Shown: one piece after another, positions 31,719-44,821 of the stretch
Numbering within the stretch: position 1 is the first letter of the stretch
Layout of the letters: each line of letters begins with the position of its first letter
From: Cyanobacteria bacterium J06626_4
GTDB lineage: Bacteria > Cyanobacteriota > Cyanobacteriia > Phormidesmidales > Phormidesmidaceae
NCBI GenBank assembly: GCA_038523235.1
Contig: JBCBJQ010000015.1
Span: forward strand, 22,856-86,855
Direction: 5' to 3'
Length of the DNA stretch: 64,000 bases
Notes under the pieces: generated by a model
Seen by the model: the letters and a program-made list of their open reading frames with translations, nothing else
Database searches by the model: none
What the model was told of the DNA's origin: nothing
Made by a program: the position numbers and the translations under genes

Positions 31719-32387
31719 ATGTTTACCAAGCAAGTTACCGATTCAAAAGCGTTTCAGTGGTTTAACGAGCGGCTGGAAGTTCAGGCACTCGCCGACGATA
31801 TTTCCAGCAAATACGTTCCACCCCACGTCAATATCTTTTACTGCCTCGGTGGTATTACGCTGACCTGTTTCGTGATTCAGTTCGCGACGGGTTTTGCCAT
31901 GACTTTCTACTACAAGCCGACGGTCACCGAAGCTTTCGCATCGGTTCAGTACCTTATGACCGATGTCAACTTTGGCTGGCTGATTCGTTCCATCCATCGC
32001 TGGTCGGCCAGCATGATGGTGCTGATGATGATTTTGCACGTCTTCCGCGTCTATCTCACCGGTGGGTTCAAAAAGCCCCGTGAGTTGACCTGGATTACCG
32101 GTGTTGTTCTGGCGGTCATCACCGTTACGTTTGGGGTGACTGGCTACTCTCTACCTTGGGATCAGGTTGGCTATTGGGCCGTTAAGATTGTTTCCGGTGT
32201 GCCTGGAGCCATCCCAGTGGTCGGGTCTACCATCGTTGAACTGATGCGCGGTGGTGAAGCGGTTGGTCAATCTACTCTGACCCGCTTTTATAGCTTGCAT
32301 ACCTTTGTCTTACCTTGGGCGATCGCGGTGTTCATGCTGCTGCACTTCCTCATGATTCGCAAGCAAGGCATTTCTGGCCCTCTCTAA
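31719..32387 (+). CDS. petB: Cytochrome b6
   Basis: [44 protein letters not shown]. Confidence 0.99.
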   Translation: MFTKQVTDSKAFQWFNERLEVQALADDISSKYVPPHVNIFYCLGGITLTCFVIQFATGFAMTFYYKPTVTEAFASVQYLMTDVNFGWLIRSIHRWSASMMVLMMILHVFRVYLTGGFKKPRELTWITGVVLAVITVTFGVTGYSLPWDQVGYWAVKIVSGVPGAIPVVGSTIVELMRGGEAVGQSTLTRFYSLHTFVLPWAIAVFMLLHFLMIRKQGISGPL

Positions 32388-32475
32388 GCCAAGAATTGTT
32401 TGGCACTGTTGAGAGAGAACGCTTTCATCGGCAATTACCCGTTAAACTTTAAACCTCGCAATCGACTAACGCACT

Positions 32476-32958
32476 ATGGCAACTATCAAAAAACCAGATC
32501 TCAGCGACCCGAAGCTGAGAGAAATGCTGAAACAGGGCATGGGGCACAACTATTATGGTGAACCGGCTTGGCCAAACGACCTGCTCTACATCTTTCCTGT
32601 CGTAATTTTGGGCAGCATTGCCTGCTGTGTGGCGCTCGCTGTGCTTGACCCAGCGATGGTTGGCGAACCGGCCAATCCTTTTGCCACTCCTTTAGAAATT
32701 CTGCCTGAGTGGTATTTGTACCCGACTTTCCAAATCTTGCGCATTGTGCCTAACAAGCTGTTGGGCATCGCAGGCATGACCGCCATTCCTTTAGGGCTGA
32801 TGCTGGTTCCTTTCTTAGAGAACGTGAACAAGTTTCAGAATCCTTTCCGTCGCCCCGTGGCAACAACCGTTTTTATGTTCGGTACCTTGGTCACTCTGTG
32901 GCTGGGCATCGGCGCAACGCTACCCATTGATACCTCTTTGACCCTCGGCCTCTTTTAA
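32476..32958 (+). CDS. petD: Cytochrome b6f subunit IV
   Basis: [34 protein letters not shown]. Confidence 0.99.
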   Translation: MATIKKPDLSDPKLREMLKQGMGHNYYGEPAWPNDLLYIFPVVILGSIACCVALAVLDPAMVGEPANPFATPLEILPEWYLYPTFQILRIVPNKLLGIAGMTAIPLGLMLVPFLENVNKFQNPFRRPVATTVFMFGTLVTLWLGIGATLPIDTSLTLGLF

Positions 32959-32977
32959 GACGGTCTCGGTTAGTATT

Positions 32978-33015
32978 AAAAGTCGCCTGAGGTTCATTGC
33001 CTCGGCGACTTTTTT
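32978..33015 (+). terminator. Intrinsic terminator of petBD
   Basis: AAAAGTCGCC-T-GAGG..CCTC-GGCGACTTTTTT. Confidence 0.85.
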
Positions 33016-33089
33016 CATGCAAGTATCTACCTAGATGATGAAACACAGGGTGATCTACTAGCTGGCCTCACAGAAAGCTAGGTAGAATC

Positions 33090-33512
33090 ATGTCAAGACG
33101 TGAATGCTTGATTGTCGATAGTAGATTAGACAATCTCTTCGCGGTGCAGAACTGGTTTAAAGACTTCTACAATTCCGTAGAGCCCGACTTGAAGTGGGTC
33201 CAGCAGGAGCGCGATCGCCTCAACATTGCCGTTGCTGAAGGGTTTACGAATGTCGTGCGTCACGCCCATGCTTTGTTGCCACCCGAGACCCCAATTACGA
33301 TCGAGGTTCATCTTGAGGGCGATCGCATCCATATCAATATTTGGGATCACGGTGCTCCCTTTGATCCGAACCAACTAACAGAGCCAAAGCCAGGGAGTTT
33401 GCTAGTCGACGGCGGCTATGGTTGGTTCCTCTTACGCCGCGTCACCCATCAAGTCGACTATCTACGGAAAAACGGCAAGAACTGTCTCGCCATCATCCAC
33501 AATCGCCCTTGA
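33090..33512 (+). CDS. RsbW/anti-sigma-type Ser/Thr kinase (HATPase_c_2)
   Basis: AVAEGFTNVVRHAH, IWDHGAPFDP, GGYGWFLL. Confidence 0.88.
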   Translation: MSRRECLIVDSRLDNLFAVQNWFKDFYNSVEPDLKWVQQERDRLNIAVAEGFTNVVRHAHALLPPETPITIEVHLEGDRIHINIWDHGAPFDPNQLTEPKPGSLLVDGGYGWFLLRRVTHQVDYLRKNGKNCLAIIHNRP

Positions 33513-33929
33513 GCCAGGGTAAAATCTCGGTCTGTCAGCAGATAAATCCCGCTTAAAAGTGGGCATGCTGGGAACAGCAAGAGAACCATACAGCCAACGC
33601 AAGTCTTGCCAACGACTGAATGCAGATGCCTCAGGGGCTCATGGTTTTTGATGCTGTTTTATCGTTCAATCAACTGATAGAAGCCTTGATGAGTGGACTG
33701 TATCATCCTTAAGATTATCGAGAATTCACGTTTGCTTGGTTAACTGGCAAGCTATTTTCATCAACCGAGAGGCTAGTGTCGTTCAGAATAACTGCACAGA
33801 GGAAAACTGGTCTCATCACCACGACAGCCTTTTCAGCTTGCACATAATTTCGTTGGTATCGATGATTTCATAGCTTCCCTATCAAGATTTTTTTAGCTCT
33901 CACACTTGGTTGTATTGTCACTCGCACTC

Positions 33930-34913
33930 ATGAACAAAACTGCGCTAATCACCGGGATTACCGGTCAAGACGGCTACTATCTGAGTCAGCTACTGCTAGA
34001 GCGCGGTTACCGAGTGGTTGGGCTACTCCCTCCTGAACGGCAAGGTAGCGTCGTCAAACTTGACGATCTAGCTGATCAAGTTGAAATTTACTCAGTCGAC
34101 CTGAGAGACGCACAAGCGCTACAAGCGGCAGTCACCCAGCTACAGCCCACTGAAATCTATAACTTAGCCGCCCCGAGCTTTGTCCCTGCTTCTTGGGACG
34201 ATCCGCTAGGCACTCTGGACTTGATCACAGGCACCGCCACGAGACTGTTGACCGCAATTCGCCACTCGCAGTTGGCGACCCGATTTTATCAAGCGAGCAG
34301 CTCAGAAATTTTTGGTGCAGTTCAAGAATCGCCGCAGTCAGAGACCACTCCCTTTCGCCCCAAAAATCCTTATGGAGCCGCTAAGCTCCATGCCCACTGG
34401 ACGATGACCCATCATCGAGAGCAGTACAATCTTTTTGCCTGCAGTGGTATTCTCTACAATCACGAATCTCCTAGACGCCCCCCTCAATTTGTCACCCGCA
34501 AAGTCACACTAGCCGCTGCAGGCATTAAGCTAGGCCTGATGGATAAGCTCTCAATGGGCAATTTAGATGCCAAAAGAGATTGGGGATTTGCCGGGGACTA
34601 CGTCGAAGTGATGTGGCGCATGCTACAAACAGACACTCCGCAGGATTATGTCATTGGCACTGGGGTACTGCACAGCGTCAAAGACTTAGTCGAAATGGCC
34701 TTTAATAGCGTCAATCTCGATTGGCAAAAGTATGTCGAAGTGAATACGACACTACTACGGCGAGACGAGCATTTTCAGCTCGTGGCCGACCCGAGCAATG
34801 CGAAAAACAATTTGCACTGGTCTCCCCAAGTTACCTTCGAACAGCTCATCGAAAACATGGTGCAGACTGACCTTCAACGTCTGCAATCGGGGCAGGTCGC
34901 GCTCATCGAGTAA
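33930..34913 (+). CDS. gmd: GDP-mannose 4,6-dehydratase
   Basis: ALITGITGQDG, YQASSSE, PYGAAK, NHESPRR..FVTRK, GNLDAKRDWG. Confidence 0.92.
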   Translation: MNKTALITGITGQDGYYLSQLLLERGYRVVGLLPPERQGSVVKLDDLADQVEIYSVDLRDAQALQAAVTQLQPTEIYNLAAPSFVPASWDDPLGTLDLITGTATRLLTAIRHSQLATRFYQASSSEIFGAVQESPQSETTPFRPKNPYGAAKLHAHWTMTHHREQYNLFACSGILYNHESPRRPPQFVTRKVTLAAAGIKLGLMDKLSMGNLDAKRDWGFAGDYVEVMWRMLQTDTPQDYVIGTGVLHSVKDLVEMAFNSVNLDWQKYVEVNTTLLRRDEHFQLVADPSNAKNNLHWSPQVTFEQLIENMVQTDLQRLQSGQVALIE

Positions 34914-34947
34914 GTCAGATTGTTGAGTTGTTGCCGTAAAGGGGTCA

Positions 34948-36075
34948 ATGGTGTCAGATCACTCTCACCGCATTGGGTTTGTCTTCCTCAGCATCTTTTC
35001 TATTGAGGGCGGCATTCAGTCCTATGTCAAAGATGTACTCATAGCCTATGCCGCTCAGCCAACATCTCCGCCCGCCGACATTTATATCCTGAGAGACCAG
35101 CCTACCGATCGCAATCCATTGGCCTCAGAGGATAAGTTTACTTTTTATTATTTCGGCAGTTATTCAGCCAATATTGGGCGACTGAAATTAGCCTGGTTAA
35201 TTTTACAAAATATGCGACGTCGGCAATACTCACGCGTTGTTTGCGGCCATATGTTGCTGACTCCGCTGCTTAACCCACTTTGCCAATGGTTTGGCAGTGC
35301 CCTCACAGTGATGACTTATGGCAAAGAAGTCTGGCAGGCTGTGCCGTCTCGCCAGCAAAAAGCATTACAACAGGCAGACACGATCTGGACGATTAGCCGC
35401 TACAGTCGCGACCTAGCCTGTCAAGCCAATGGCTTAGACCCTGATAAGTTTCATATGCTGCCCTGTGTAGTTGACGGTGATGCCTTTACCCCTGGCCCTG
35501 CCAAACCCAAACTGGTAGAACAATACGGCTTACACCATCATCGAGTACTGATGACGGTTGCCCGGTTATGGTCGGGCGACATTTACAAAGGGGTAGATGT
35601 CACCATTAGAGCCTTACCGCAAATCCTGAAGAGCTTTCCCCAGGTGAAATATTTAGTGGTTGGTCGGGGTGACGATCAGCCGCGTCTAGCACAAATGGCT
35701 CAAGATTTAGGGGTGGGTGATAGCGTCGTTTTTGCCGGTTTTGTCTCTGACGAGGCTTTAGTTGAGCACTATCGCCTTGCCGATGTCTACGTCATGCCCT
35801 CTAAAGAAGGCTTTGGCATTGTTTATCTCGAAGCGATGGCCTGTGGTGTACCGACGCTGTCAGGCGATGACGACGGTTCGGCCGATCCGTTGCAAGATGG
35901 CAAAGTGGGCTGGCGCGTCCCCCACCGCGATCCGGAGGCAGTCGCTCACGCCTGCATTGAGATTCTACAGGGCCAAGATCAGCGTTGTGATGGCGCTTGG
36001 TTAAGACAGCAAACACTCGAAAACTTCAGCCCTTTGAGTCTTCAACAGGCCTTCAAAGATCTGGTTGTGTCTTAA
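34948..36075 (+). CDS. Glycosyltransferase family 4
   Basis: MTVARL..YKGVD, MPSKEGFGIVYLEAMACG. Confidence 0.93.
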   Translation: MVSDHSHRIGFVFLSIFSIEGGIQSYVKDVLIAYAAQPTSPPADIYILRDQPTDRNPLASEDKFTFYYFGSYSANIGRLKLAWLILQNMRRRQYSRVVCGHMLLTPLLNPLCQWFGSALTVMTYGKEVWQAVPSRQQKALQQADTIWTISRYSRDLACQANGLDPDKFHMLPCVVDGDAFTPGPAKPKLVEQYGLHHHRVLMTVARLWSGDIYKGVDVTIRALPQILKSFPQVKYLVVGRGDDQPRLAQMAQDLGVGDSVVFAGFVSDEALVEHYRLADVYVMPSKEGFGIVYLEAMACGVPTLSGDDDGSADPLQDGKVGWRVPHRDPEAVAHACIEILQGQDQRCDGAWLRQQTLENFSPLSLQQAFKDLVVS

Positions 36076-36260
36076 AATCAATTCTCAACGGTCTCGCCTC
36101 TCGAGCCAGGCTGCACGACCATTAGAGCGTCACCACCAGCAGACAGAATAGTTGAGAGCCACAGCACCGAATGGCATCGGCACTGTGACATCAGGAAAAC
36201 GTCTTCAACAGCGATGGGCTCACAGTCCTCCCATTTCCCTTTAACTGGCAACGCCTAGAT

Positions 36261-36908
36261 TTAGTTGCTCCGCAATTCAATGTTCGAGAATCGGAAGATT
36301 TGCTCCGTGGTGCCAGTTTCCGTTTCCGTTTGAATCTTGCGCTCCGTGAGAATGACGTAATCGCCAACTTTCTCATAGCTGTCTTCAAACACACTCCGTC
36401 CCCCTTTTTGCTGCCCTGATTCAGGGTCGTGGTAGACCGAGTCATAGCGTTGCGACAGATAGCCTTCGCCAGTGTCATGACTGGTGAAAGTGTGAATCGT
36501 CACCACCGTGCCATGAATATGACGGTGCACCATGCTGACTTCGTTATCACGCAGTTCGTAGCGATCGCCTTCAGCTTTGCCCCCCATCAGAATTTCGACA
36601 GAGCCATCTTCCAGCGTTTTGCCATAGGAAAAGCTATTCGACCCGTGCGTGTCTTCAAAGGAACGACGAATCCGATGAATGGCCACTTCCCATAACTGAT
36701 ATTGAATTGCTTTTTGAGTGGCTTCATCCTCAACGTCAAAGACCTCAGCCTTGAGATCAGGATTCACTCGGGCTTTGGCAGTCGCTGTAGTGTCGCCCGA
36801 AATAAAGGTGACGTCAGTCGTATAGCCTGGGAAACCTGGTGCCCAGGTGTAGCGATTTTCATAGGCTGAACGAAAAAATTCGCGAGCTGAGACTTGAGTC
36901 CCGACCAT
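36261..36908 (-). CDS. DUF3386 family protein
   Basis: AREFFRSAYENRYTW...FPGY, EVAIHRIRRSFE, a recognised cyanobacterial family pattern. AAGGAG SD. Confidence 0.8.
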   Translation of the reverse strand: MVGTQVSAREFFRSAYENRYTWAPGFPGYTTDVTFISGDTTATAKARVNPDLKAEVFDVEDEATQKAIQYQLWEVAIHRIRRSFEDTHGSNSFSYGKTLEDGSVEILMGGKAEGDRYELRDNEVSMVHRHIHGTVVTIHTFTSHDTGEGYLSQRYDSVYHDPESGQQKGGRSVFEDSYEKVGDYVILTERKIQTETETGTTEQIFRFSNIELRSN

Positions 36909-37125
36909 GCTTTACTCCTTTGAATCGCAGTGGTGTCTTTTAGCATGGTAACGCTCTAACCTCACGGCAAGCAGGCTGGCTTAAGCGGAATTCACGGATC
37001 GACAATCTGCCAAAATTAGCCCCCTCTCAACTGCCGCGATCTGTCTCAAGCCCCTTGCCTCTGTCAGGTCTTCCTGATTGAATAAAATCAAACCAAAATG
37101 AACTTTTATTAAACGAGGGTTTCCT

Positions 37126-38601
37126 ATGTACATCGTGCAGATTGCCTCGGAATGTGCACCTGTCATTAAAGCTGGAGGTCTCGGCGACGTTGTTTATGGT
37201 CTCAGTCGCGAACTCGAAGCGCGTGGGCACACCATCGAGATTATTCTGCCCAAGTACAACAACATGCGCTACGACCATATTTGGGGCTTGCATGATGCCT
37301 ACCAAGACCTCTGGGTGCCCTGGTATGGCGATCGCATCCACTGCTCCGTATTTTGTGGGTGGGTCCATGGTCGCCTGTGCTTTTTTATCGAACCCCACTC
37401 AGAAGACTTTTATTTTGACCGCGGCACTTATTATGGCTGCGATGATGATCCGCTACGCTTTGCCTTTTTCAGCAAAGCCGCCCTTGAATTTTTGCTGCAA
37501 AGCAATAAGCGTCCTGACGTAATTCACTGTCATGACTGGCAAACCGGACTTGTGCCCGTCATGCTCTACGAGATGTATCAGCATCACGGCATGGAACATC
37601 AGCGAGTGCTTTACACCATTCACAACTTCAAACATCAGGGGTTTGCCGGGCCTGAAATCCTCTGGGCCACAGGACTCAACCGCGAAGCGTACTATTTTCA
37701 CTACGATCGCCTACGCGATAACTTCAATCCGTTTTCCCTCAACTTTATGAAAGGGGGCATTGTTTACGCCAACCACGTCAACACGGTTTCACCCCACCAT
37801 GCCTGGGAAGCCATGCATGAAGACTGTAGCTTTGGGCTCGGCCACACCTTGCACCTGAAGAGCTTCAAATTTTCCGGCATTCTCAACGGCATCGATCCTC
37901 AGGTCTGGAATCCTGAAACTGATGACCAGATTCCTTCCCCTTACAGTTCCACCACCTTCGAGGACAAAACTCTAAATCAAAAGGCTCTCCGAGAAAAACT
38001 GCTCCTGAGAGTCTGCGACAAACCTATCGTCGCCTTTATTGGTCGTTTAGATGACCAAAAGGGGATGCATTTGGTGCATCATGCCATGTATCACGCTCTC
38101 AATCGTGGCGCTCAGTTCGTGCTACTCGGTTCCGCAACTGACCGCCAAACTCACGACTGGTTCTGGCATGAGAAGCATTTCCTTAACGACAATCCTGACA
38201 TTCATCTCGAGCTGAGCTTCAACGAAGAACTCGCCCACCTCATCTATGCCGGAGCCGACATGATGGTGGTACCGAGCAAGTTTGAACCCTGCGGTCTCAC
38301 CCAACTCATTTCCCTACGCTATGGCACAGTACCCGTCGTCCGGGGAGTCGGTGGGTTAGTCAGCACAGTCTTTGATTGGGACTACGACAGCGAACATCCC
38401 CGTGAAGAACGCACCGGCTTTGTGTTTTATGACACTGACCAGTATGCGATGGAGTCAGCGCTCAACCGCGCGATCGATCTGTACTACAACGAACCGCAGC
38501 TTTTCCAGCAGTTAGCCTTACAAGGTATGCAATATGACTACTCCTGGAAAAGTTCAGGGTCAGAGTACATCGCTATCTACGATCTAATTCGCCATAAGTA
38601 A
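37126..38601 (+). CDS. glgA: Glycogen synthase
   Basis: ASECAPVIKAGGLGDV, HCHDWQ, TIHN, GILNGID, PSKFEPCGLTQL. Confidence 0.97.
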   Translation: MYIVQIASECAPVIKAGGLGDVVYGLSRELEARGHTIEIILPKYNNMRYDHIWGLHDAYQDLWVPWYGDRIHCSVFCGWVHGRLCFFIEPHSEDFYFDRGTYYGCDDDPLRFAFFSKAALEFLLQSNKRPDVIHCHDWQTGLVPVMLYEMYQHHGMEHQRVLYTIHNFKHQGFAGPEILWATGLNREAYYFHYDRLRDNFNPFSLNFMKGGIVYANHVNTVSPHHAWEAMHEDCSFGLGHTLHLKSFKFSGILNGIDPQVWNPETDDQIPSPYSSTTFEDKTLNQKALREKLLLRVCDKPIVAFIGRLDDQKGMHLVHHAMYHALNRGAQFVLLGSATDRQTHDWFWHEKHFLNDNPDIHLELSFNEELAHLIYAGADMMVVPSKFEPCGLTQLISLRYGTVPVVRGVGGLVSTVFDWDYDSEHPREERTGFVFYDTDQYAMESALNRAIDLYYNEPQLFQQLALQGMQYDYSWKSSGSEYIAIYDLIRHK

Positions 38602-38688
38602 CATCAGTTGAGATTCAGCCCAATCCATTAATGATCTGGATCAGACACCGGCACTGTTCAAGATCAGCATCCGTCGTTCGCCTCTGAA

Positions 38689-39795
38689 TTACCTGGAGTG
38701 ATCATGTAAAAAATCCACGATCGCTCCCGCAATTGTTTGATTCCCAGTTTTACTCAATCGCTGACTGGTTCGAGGCAGATTAGGAGCAGTCTCGAGAAAC
38801 TCCCAGGCACCCTCGGCAAAAGCTTGGGGCGTTAGCACCTGGTGATCGCTGCAGTCTTGCAGCTGACTAACCAGTAGCGGCCCCTCGGCAAAATCGTCGC
38901 GAGTGATAGTGACGACCGGCACCTCTAAACGGCAAGCTTCTGAGAAAGTGCTGTAGCCCGGTTTAGAAACGACGCGCCCGCACAAGGGCATAAAGTCCAC
39001 AGGTCGCAGAGTGCGATCGCTAACCTTGCACAAATTGGGCAGCTCAGGCGCTTGGCGATCAAACGTGATGAATTGCCAGTCGGCAAACCTTTGCAGGTTA
39101 CCGTAGGGAATTTGCGCCAACCCTAATCCCCCAAACGTCAGCAAAACCGTTTTTGCCTGATCCGCAGTAATGTCAAAGCGCTGTCGCAGGGTCGCTGCTG
39201 AATAGTGCGGGGTTCCCCCCGTCAGCCCCACATCTGTGATGTCAGAAAAAGCCGCCATCGGTTCATGAAAGGGCAAGCGGAACAATCGGTCAGCCTGAGC
39301 AAAACAATTCTGAATCCAATCAGCGATCGCCCCAAACTCACCGCCCCAAGCCCGATAAATAAAGTCCCAACCAAAGTTGCTCATCATCCAGCAGGGAACG
39401 TTGGCCGCTTTAGCCGCGATCGCAACGAGCGGCGGAATATCGCCCAACACCAGATCGACCTGAGCAGCTTCTAAAAAAGCAGCTTCTTGTGCCACCAATT
39501 CACCTTGGCATTGTTGCAGCTGCCGGAGCGCTGCGAGGGTCGCGGGGCGATCGACAGTTAAACTATCAGGCTGCAGCACACCCACATCGAGAGCCTGTTC
39601 CCGCAGCACGAACGGGGCTTTTAGATAGCTTTCCAATAACCACCGGGGAGCCGTTGTCGCCAGAATAATGTCAATATCAGCCGCTAATTGTTTAACCGTT
39701 GCCGCCACCGAGGCAGCGCGGGTCGCATGGCCAAACCCGTGATTCGTGATCGCCACATAGAGGGTACGTCGCGTCATTCCACTCTTCTCACTCAT
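38689..39795 (-). CDS. GT-B fold glycosyltransferase-like protein (similar to L-arabinokinase N-terminal domain)
   Basis: ITNHGFGHATR, GDIPP, SNFGWD, VSKPGYSTFSE. Confidence 0.75.
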   Translation of the reverse strand: MSEKSGMTRRTLYVAITNHGFGHATRAASVAATVKQLAADIDIILATTAPRWLLESYLKAPFVLREQALDVGVLQPDSLTVDRPATLAALRQLQQCQGELVAQEAAFLEAAQVDLVLGDIPPLVAIAAKAANVPCWMMSNFGWDFIYRAWGGEFGAIADWIQNCFAQADRLFRLPFHEPMAAFSDITDVGLTGGTPHYSAATLRQRFDITADQAKTVLLTFGGLGLAQIPYGNLQRFADWQFITFDRQAPELPNLCKVSDRTLRPVDFMPLCGRVVSKPGYSTFSEACRLEVPVVTITRDDFAEGPLLVSQLQDCSDHQVLTPQAFAEGAWEFLETAPNLPRTSQRLSKTGNQTIAGAIVDFLHDHSR

Positions 39796-39856
39796 GCATC
39801 ACCCTGCCCCCTTGATGACTTTAGACCCCCTTGAGCCAATGAGCTCATTGCCAAAT

Positions 39857-39890
39857 AAAAGACCCGTCCTCGTTTGAGAACAGGTCTTTT
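39857..39890 (-). terminator. Terminator of ftsH2
   Basis: AAAAGACC..GGTCTTTT stem just downstream of the stop. Confidence 0.7.
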
Positions 39891-39920
39891 AATCACCCTA
39901 GAGACCGGGAAGCGCGATCA

Positions 39921-41807
<1,887 letters not shown>

Positions 41808-42609
41808 AACCAGGTGGCCTCTAGAGCATCGTTAACGTCAAAAATCTCAAATCTCTAAAACGCGCAGCGTTCAACAAGATAAAGTTTTTTCTTAAGCATT
41901 ACTCAAACTAAGGGCAGCCAAGGCAACTACCTGCAAGTAGCTATCTTAGTGCTGAAATATGAGTAGTCGTTAATTAAATTTAACGTAATTTAAGAGGACT
42001 GAGCAAATTTGTCACCGAAAGATCAGTTAGCGAGATCCCTACCTCAGACCTGAAAGCCAGGCTGGTCGCTAAGAAGGCAACAGCGGAGCCACCGACAACG
42101 CGGTCTTGACTCAGGCCAGAAACAGCAATCGGGACGGCCAGTCGGCGCACTAGATGCGAATTCATCACTAGATTGAGTAAACAACCGCTTCTGGACGACT
42201 GGCAAGGCTAGCAATCATGACAATGTAGCCGTCCAAATCACGGAGTCAACATTCCTGATGGTGGGCCAAGGATTAACGTGGGGCGGCGTGACAATTTTCA
42301 CCTGCATGTGCTGAGCACAAGTCGCTGTCGCTGCGGCATTATTCACCAACCATCACCACAAAACACCGTAGCCGTGCACTGCCATCACCGAATCGCCAAG
42401 ATTCAGATGGTCACAGGCCTTCCAAAGGTGCAACTGCAGAAAGAAATCAGGTTCTCCCCATATCACCAGTCGGCTGTATGCCGCTCCACCATGGACGAGA
42501 TCGCACGCTAGTAGGGTCCTCGCTTTGTCCATGTCGGCAACTATATTGGGGCTTGTGAGCGCATCAGCCACCTCCCCAGCTTAAAGCAATTGGCTTTTGA
42601 ACCGATAGT

Positions 42610-43098
42610 TTAAGGATTATCCGTGATCGATAACTCGTAGCGAGGCACCTCTCCGGCTTGGTAGTTGCCCACCCAGATGCGATAACTGCCCGCCAACCAC
42701 TCGCCCGCAATGGCTGGATTGTGGCTGCCACGATCATCGTTGCACCAGACACCATCCGGCCCCGCCACGATCAAGGTCGTATCCAGATCGGCCTCCACCC
42801 GTATTTCCAGATTCGAAAACCGGCTATCAAGAGTGACTTCTTCGTGGGGCTGAGTCGAGATAAACCCCAAACAAGGGCCTGTAGGACTATTGCGCGTGTT
42901 GACCACTTCAGCCGCTGGGCGATCGCCGCCGCCCGTACCCACTAAAACTGTCGGGTTAGGCGTGAAACCAGACGCCAGGGTCAAGACGTCAGTCTGAGCT
43001 GAAACAGGTAATTCTCGCAGAATATCGATCCCCAGCGGACTCAAACTGCCCAGTACAAGTCCCATAACTAGGCGACCAGCAATCCGTACTCGATACAT
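42610..43098 (-). CDS. Secreted protein with pre-peptidase C-terminal (PPC)-like domain
   Basis: Signal peptide, DTTLIVAGPDGVWCNDD, GSYRIWVG. Confidence 0.7.
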   Translation of the reverse strand: MYRVRIAGRLVMGLVLGSLSPLGIDILRELPVSAQTDVLTLASGFTPNPTVLVGTGGGDRPAAEVVNTRNSPTGPCLGFISTQPHEEVTLDSRFSNLEIRVEADLDTTLIVAGPDGVWCNDDRGSHNPAIAGEWLAGSYRIWVGNYQAGEVPRYELSITDNP

Positions 43099-43139
43099 AG
43101 AAATACTTGCCCCCTTACCGCTTCCAACCGGATTGGAGG

Positions 43140-44600
43140 TCAGCTGCCTCCACTTTGAGCCAACTCTACAGCTTTTTTGAGTCGCGGTATATCAAATTGC
43201 CGCTGATGCAAAATCAGCCAAGACTCCGTCAAATCCGGGCCTTTCATGTCGCCCATTAGAGCCGCCCGCATCGACTTCATCATCAATCCCTTCTTGATGC
43301 CCTGGGCCTTCACGACATCGGTCACTAACGCCTTCACCGTCTCTAGAGACTCTAAGGAGGCACCGGCCTGCAATTGCCCCAGCGTGGCCGTGAGTAATTC
43401 AGCGACCCCATCTTGATGCAGCTGCTTGGTTGCAGCTTCAGAGTAGTCCATAACTTCCGCAAAGAAAAAGCGACCCTGCTCAACCGCATCCGACAAGCGC
43501 GTCAGACTCGGCCCCAGCAATCCCGCCAGCGTCGTTAACCAGTCGCGATCGGCCTCTAGATCAAAGGCATAGTCAGCTGCTTGCCAATAAGGGATGAGCA
43601 TTGTCACCAACTCGGCCGCCGGACGATTGTGCAGATATTGACTGTTCAGCCAGTCGAGCTTGTCCCAGTCAAATTTGGCTCCCGCCTTATTGACGCGATC
43701 GAAGCTAAACTGTTGCGCGGCCGCTGCCAAAGAGAAAAGTTCTTCACTATCAGGCGGTGACCAGCCCAAGAGCGTCATGTAATTGGCTAAGGCCGGGGCT
43801 GTAAAACCCATCTTTTGAAAATCAGAAATTGAGGTCACACCATCGCGTTTGGAGAGCTTTTGACCCGACGGATTCAAAATGAGCGGTGTGTGGGCAAATT
43901 CGGGCACAGTGCCGCCAAGCGCTTCGTACAGCAAGATTTGCTTAGCCGTATTGGCGATGTGGTCTTCACCCCGAATCACGTGGGTAATGTCCATATCCTG
44001 ATCATCCACCACTACCGCCAAGTTATAGAGAGGCTGGCCAATGCTGCCCACTGAAGAGGCCCGCGCAATGACCATGTCACCCCCGAGATCGCTGCCTTGC
44101 CAGGTCATGGCACCCCGCACTAAGTCATGCCACTGCACGGTGCGATCGTCAGCGATTTTGAAGCGGATAACGGCCTGACGTCCTTCGGCTTCGAAGGCGC
44201 ACTGCTGGTCATCGGTGAGGTGACGATGGCGGTTGTCATAACGGGGAGCTTGCTTTTTGGCCTTTTGAGCCGTGCGCATGGCCTCCAATTCTTCTGAGGT
44301 GTCGTAGGCACGATAGGCCAAGCCTTGATCTAGAAGGGTCTGAATCGCCTGACGATACAGATCGAGTCGCTGCGACTGGAAGAAAGGCCCCTCATCCCAC
44401 GTCAGACCCAACCACTCTAGCCCTGCCGTAATATTGTCGGTAAATTCAGGGCGCGATCGCTCGGTATCAGTATCTTCTACCCGTAGGATGAACTGGCCCC
44501 CGTGATGGCGCGCGAATAGCCAGTTAAACACTGCCGTCCGGGCGGTGCCAATATGTAGGTTGCCGGTGGGACTCGGCGCGATGCGAACGCGAACAGTCAT
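43140..44600 (-). CDS. gltX: Glutamate--tRNA ligase
   Basis: [29 protein letters not shown]. Confidence 0.98.
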   Translation of the reverse strand: MTVRVRIAPSPTGNLHIGTARTAVFNWLFARHHGGQFILRVEDTDTERSRPEFTDNITAGLEWLGLTWDEGPFFQSQRLDLYRQAIQTLLDQGLAYRAYDTSEELEAMRTAQKAKKQAPRYDNRHRHLTDDQQCAFEAEGRQAVIRFKIADDRTVQWHDLVRGAMTWQGSDLGGDMVIARASSVGSIGQPLYNLAVVVDDQDMDITHVIRGEDHIANTAKQILLYEALGGTVPEFAHTPLILNPSGQKLSKRDGVTSISDFQKMGFTAPALANYMTLLGWSPPDSEELFSLAAAAQQFSFDRVNKAGAKFDWDKLDWLNSQYLHNRPAAELVTMLIPYWQAADYAFDLEADRDWLTTLAGLLGPSLTRLSDAVEQGRFFFAEVMDYSEAATKQLHQDGVAELLTATLGQLQAGASLESLETVKALVTDVVKAQGIKKGLMMKSMRAALMGDMKGPDLTESWLILHQRQFDIPRLKKAVELAQSGGS

Positions 44601-44744
44601 AGAGTGGGTTTCTTACAAGCGACAGTTAACCATTCTATGAGGTTAGTCTCACCCTCATGGGGATGACTTCACGAAAAAGTGAAAAACCTCACTGGCGATC
44701 GCACTAGATGGGCCTACCGACAACCGACATCAGAACCATTAAGC

Positions 44745-44775
44745 AAAAAAATGAGGCTCCCTGAGGAGCCTCATT
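44745..44775 (-). terminator. Terminator of ftsH3
   Basis: AATGAGGCTCC-CTGA-GGAGCCTCATT with an A7 tract on the left (U tract on minus). Confidence 0.85.
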
Positions 44776-44821
44776 CATCACGTAGTTTTCAACTTTAAGT
44801 TGTAAAGATGTACAGCTACTC

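Noticed and set aside
41980..42571. Small ORFs between ftsH2 and the PPC-domain gene
   Set aside because: No motif. The ATG that follows the SD-like sequence stops after 7 codons.
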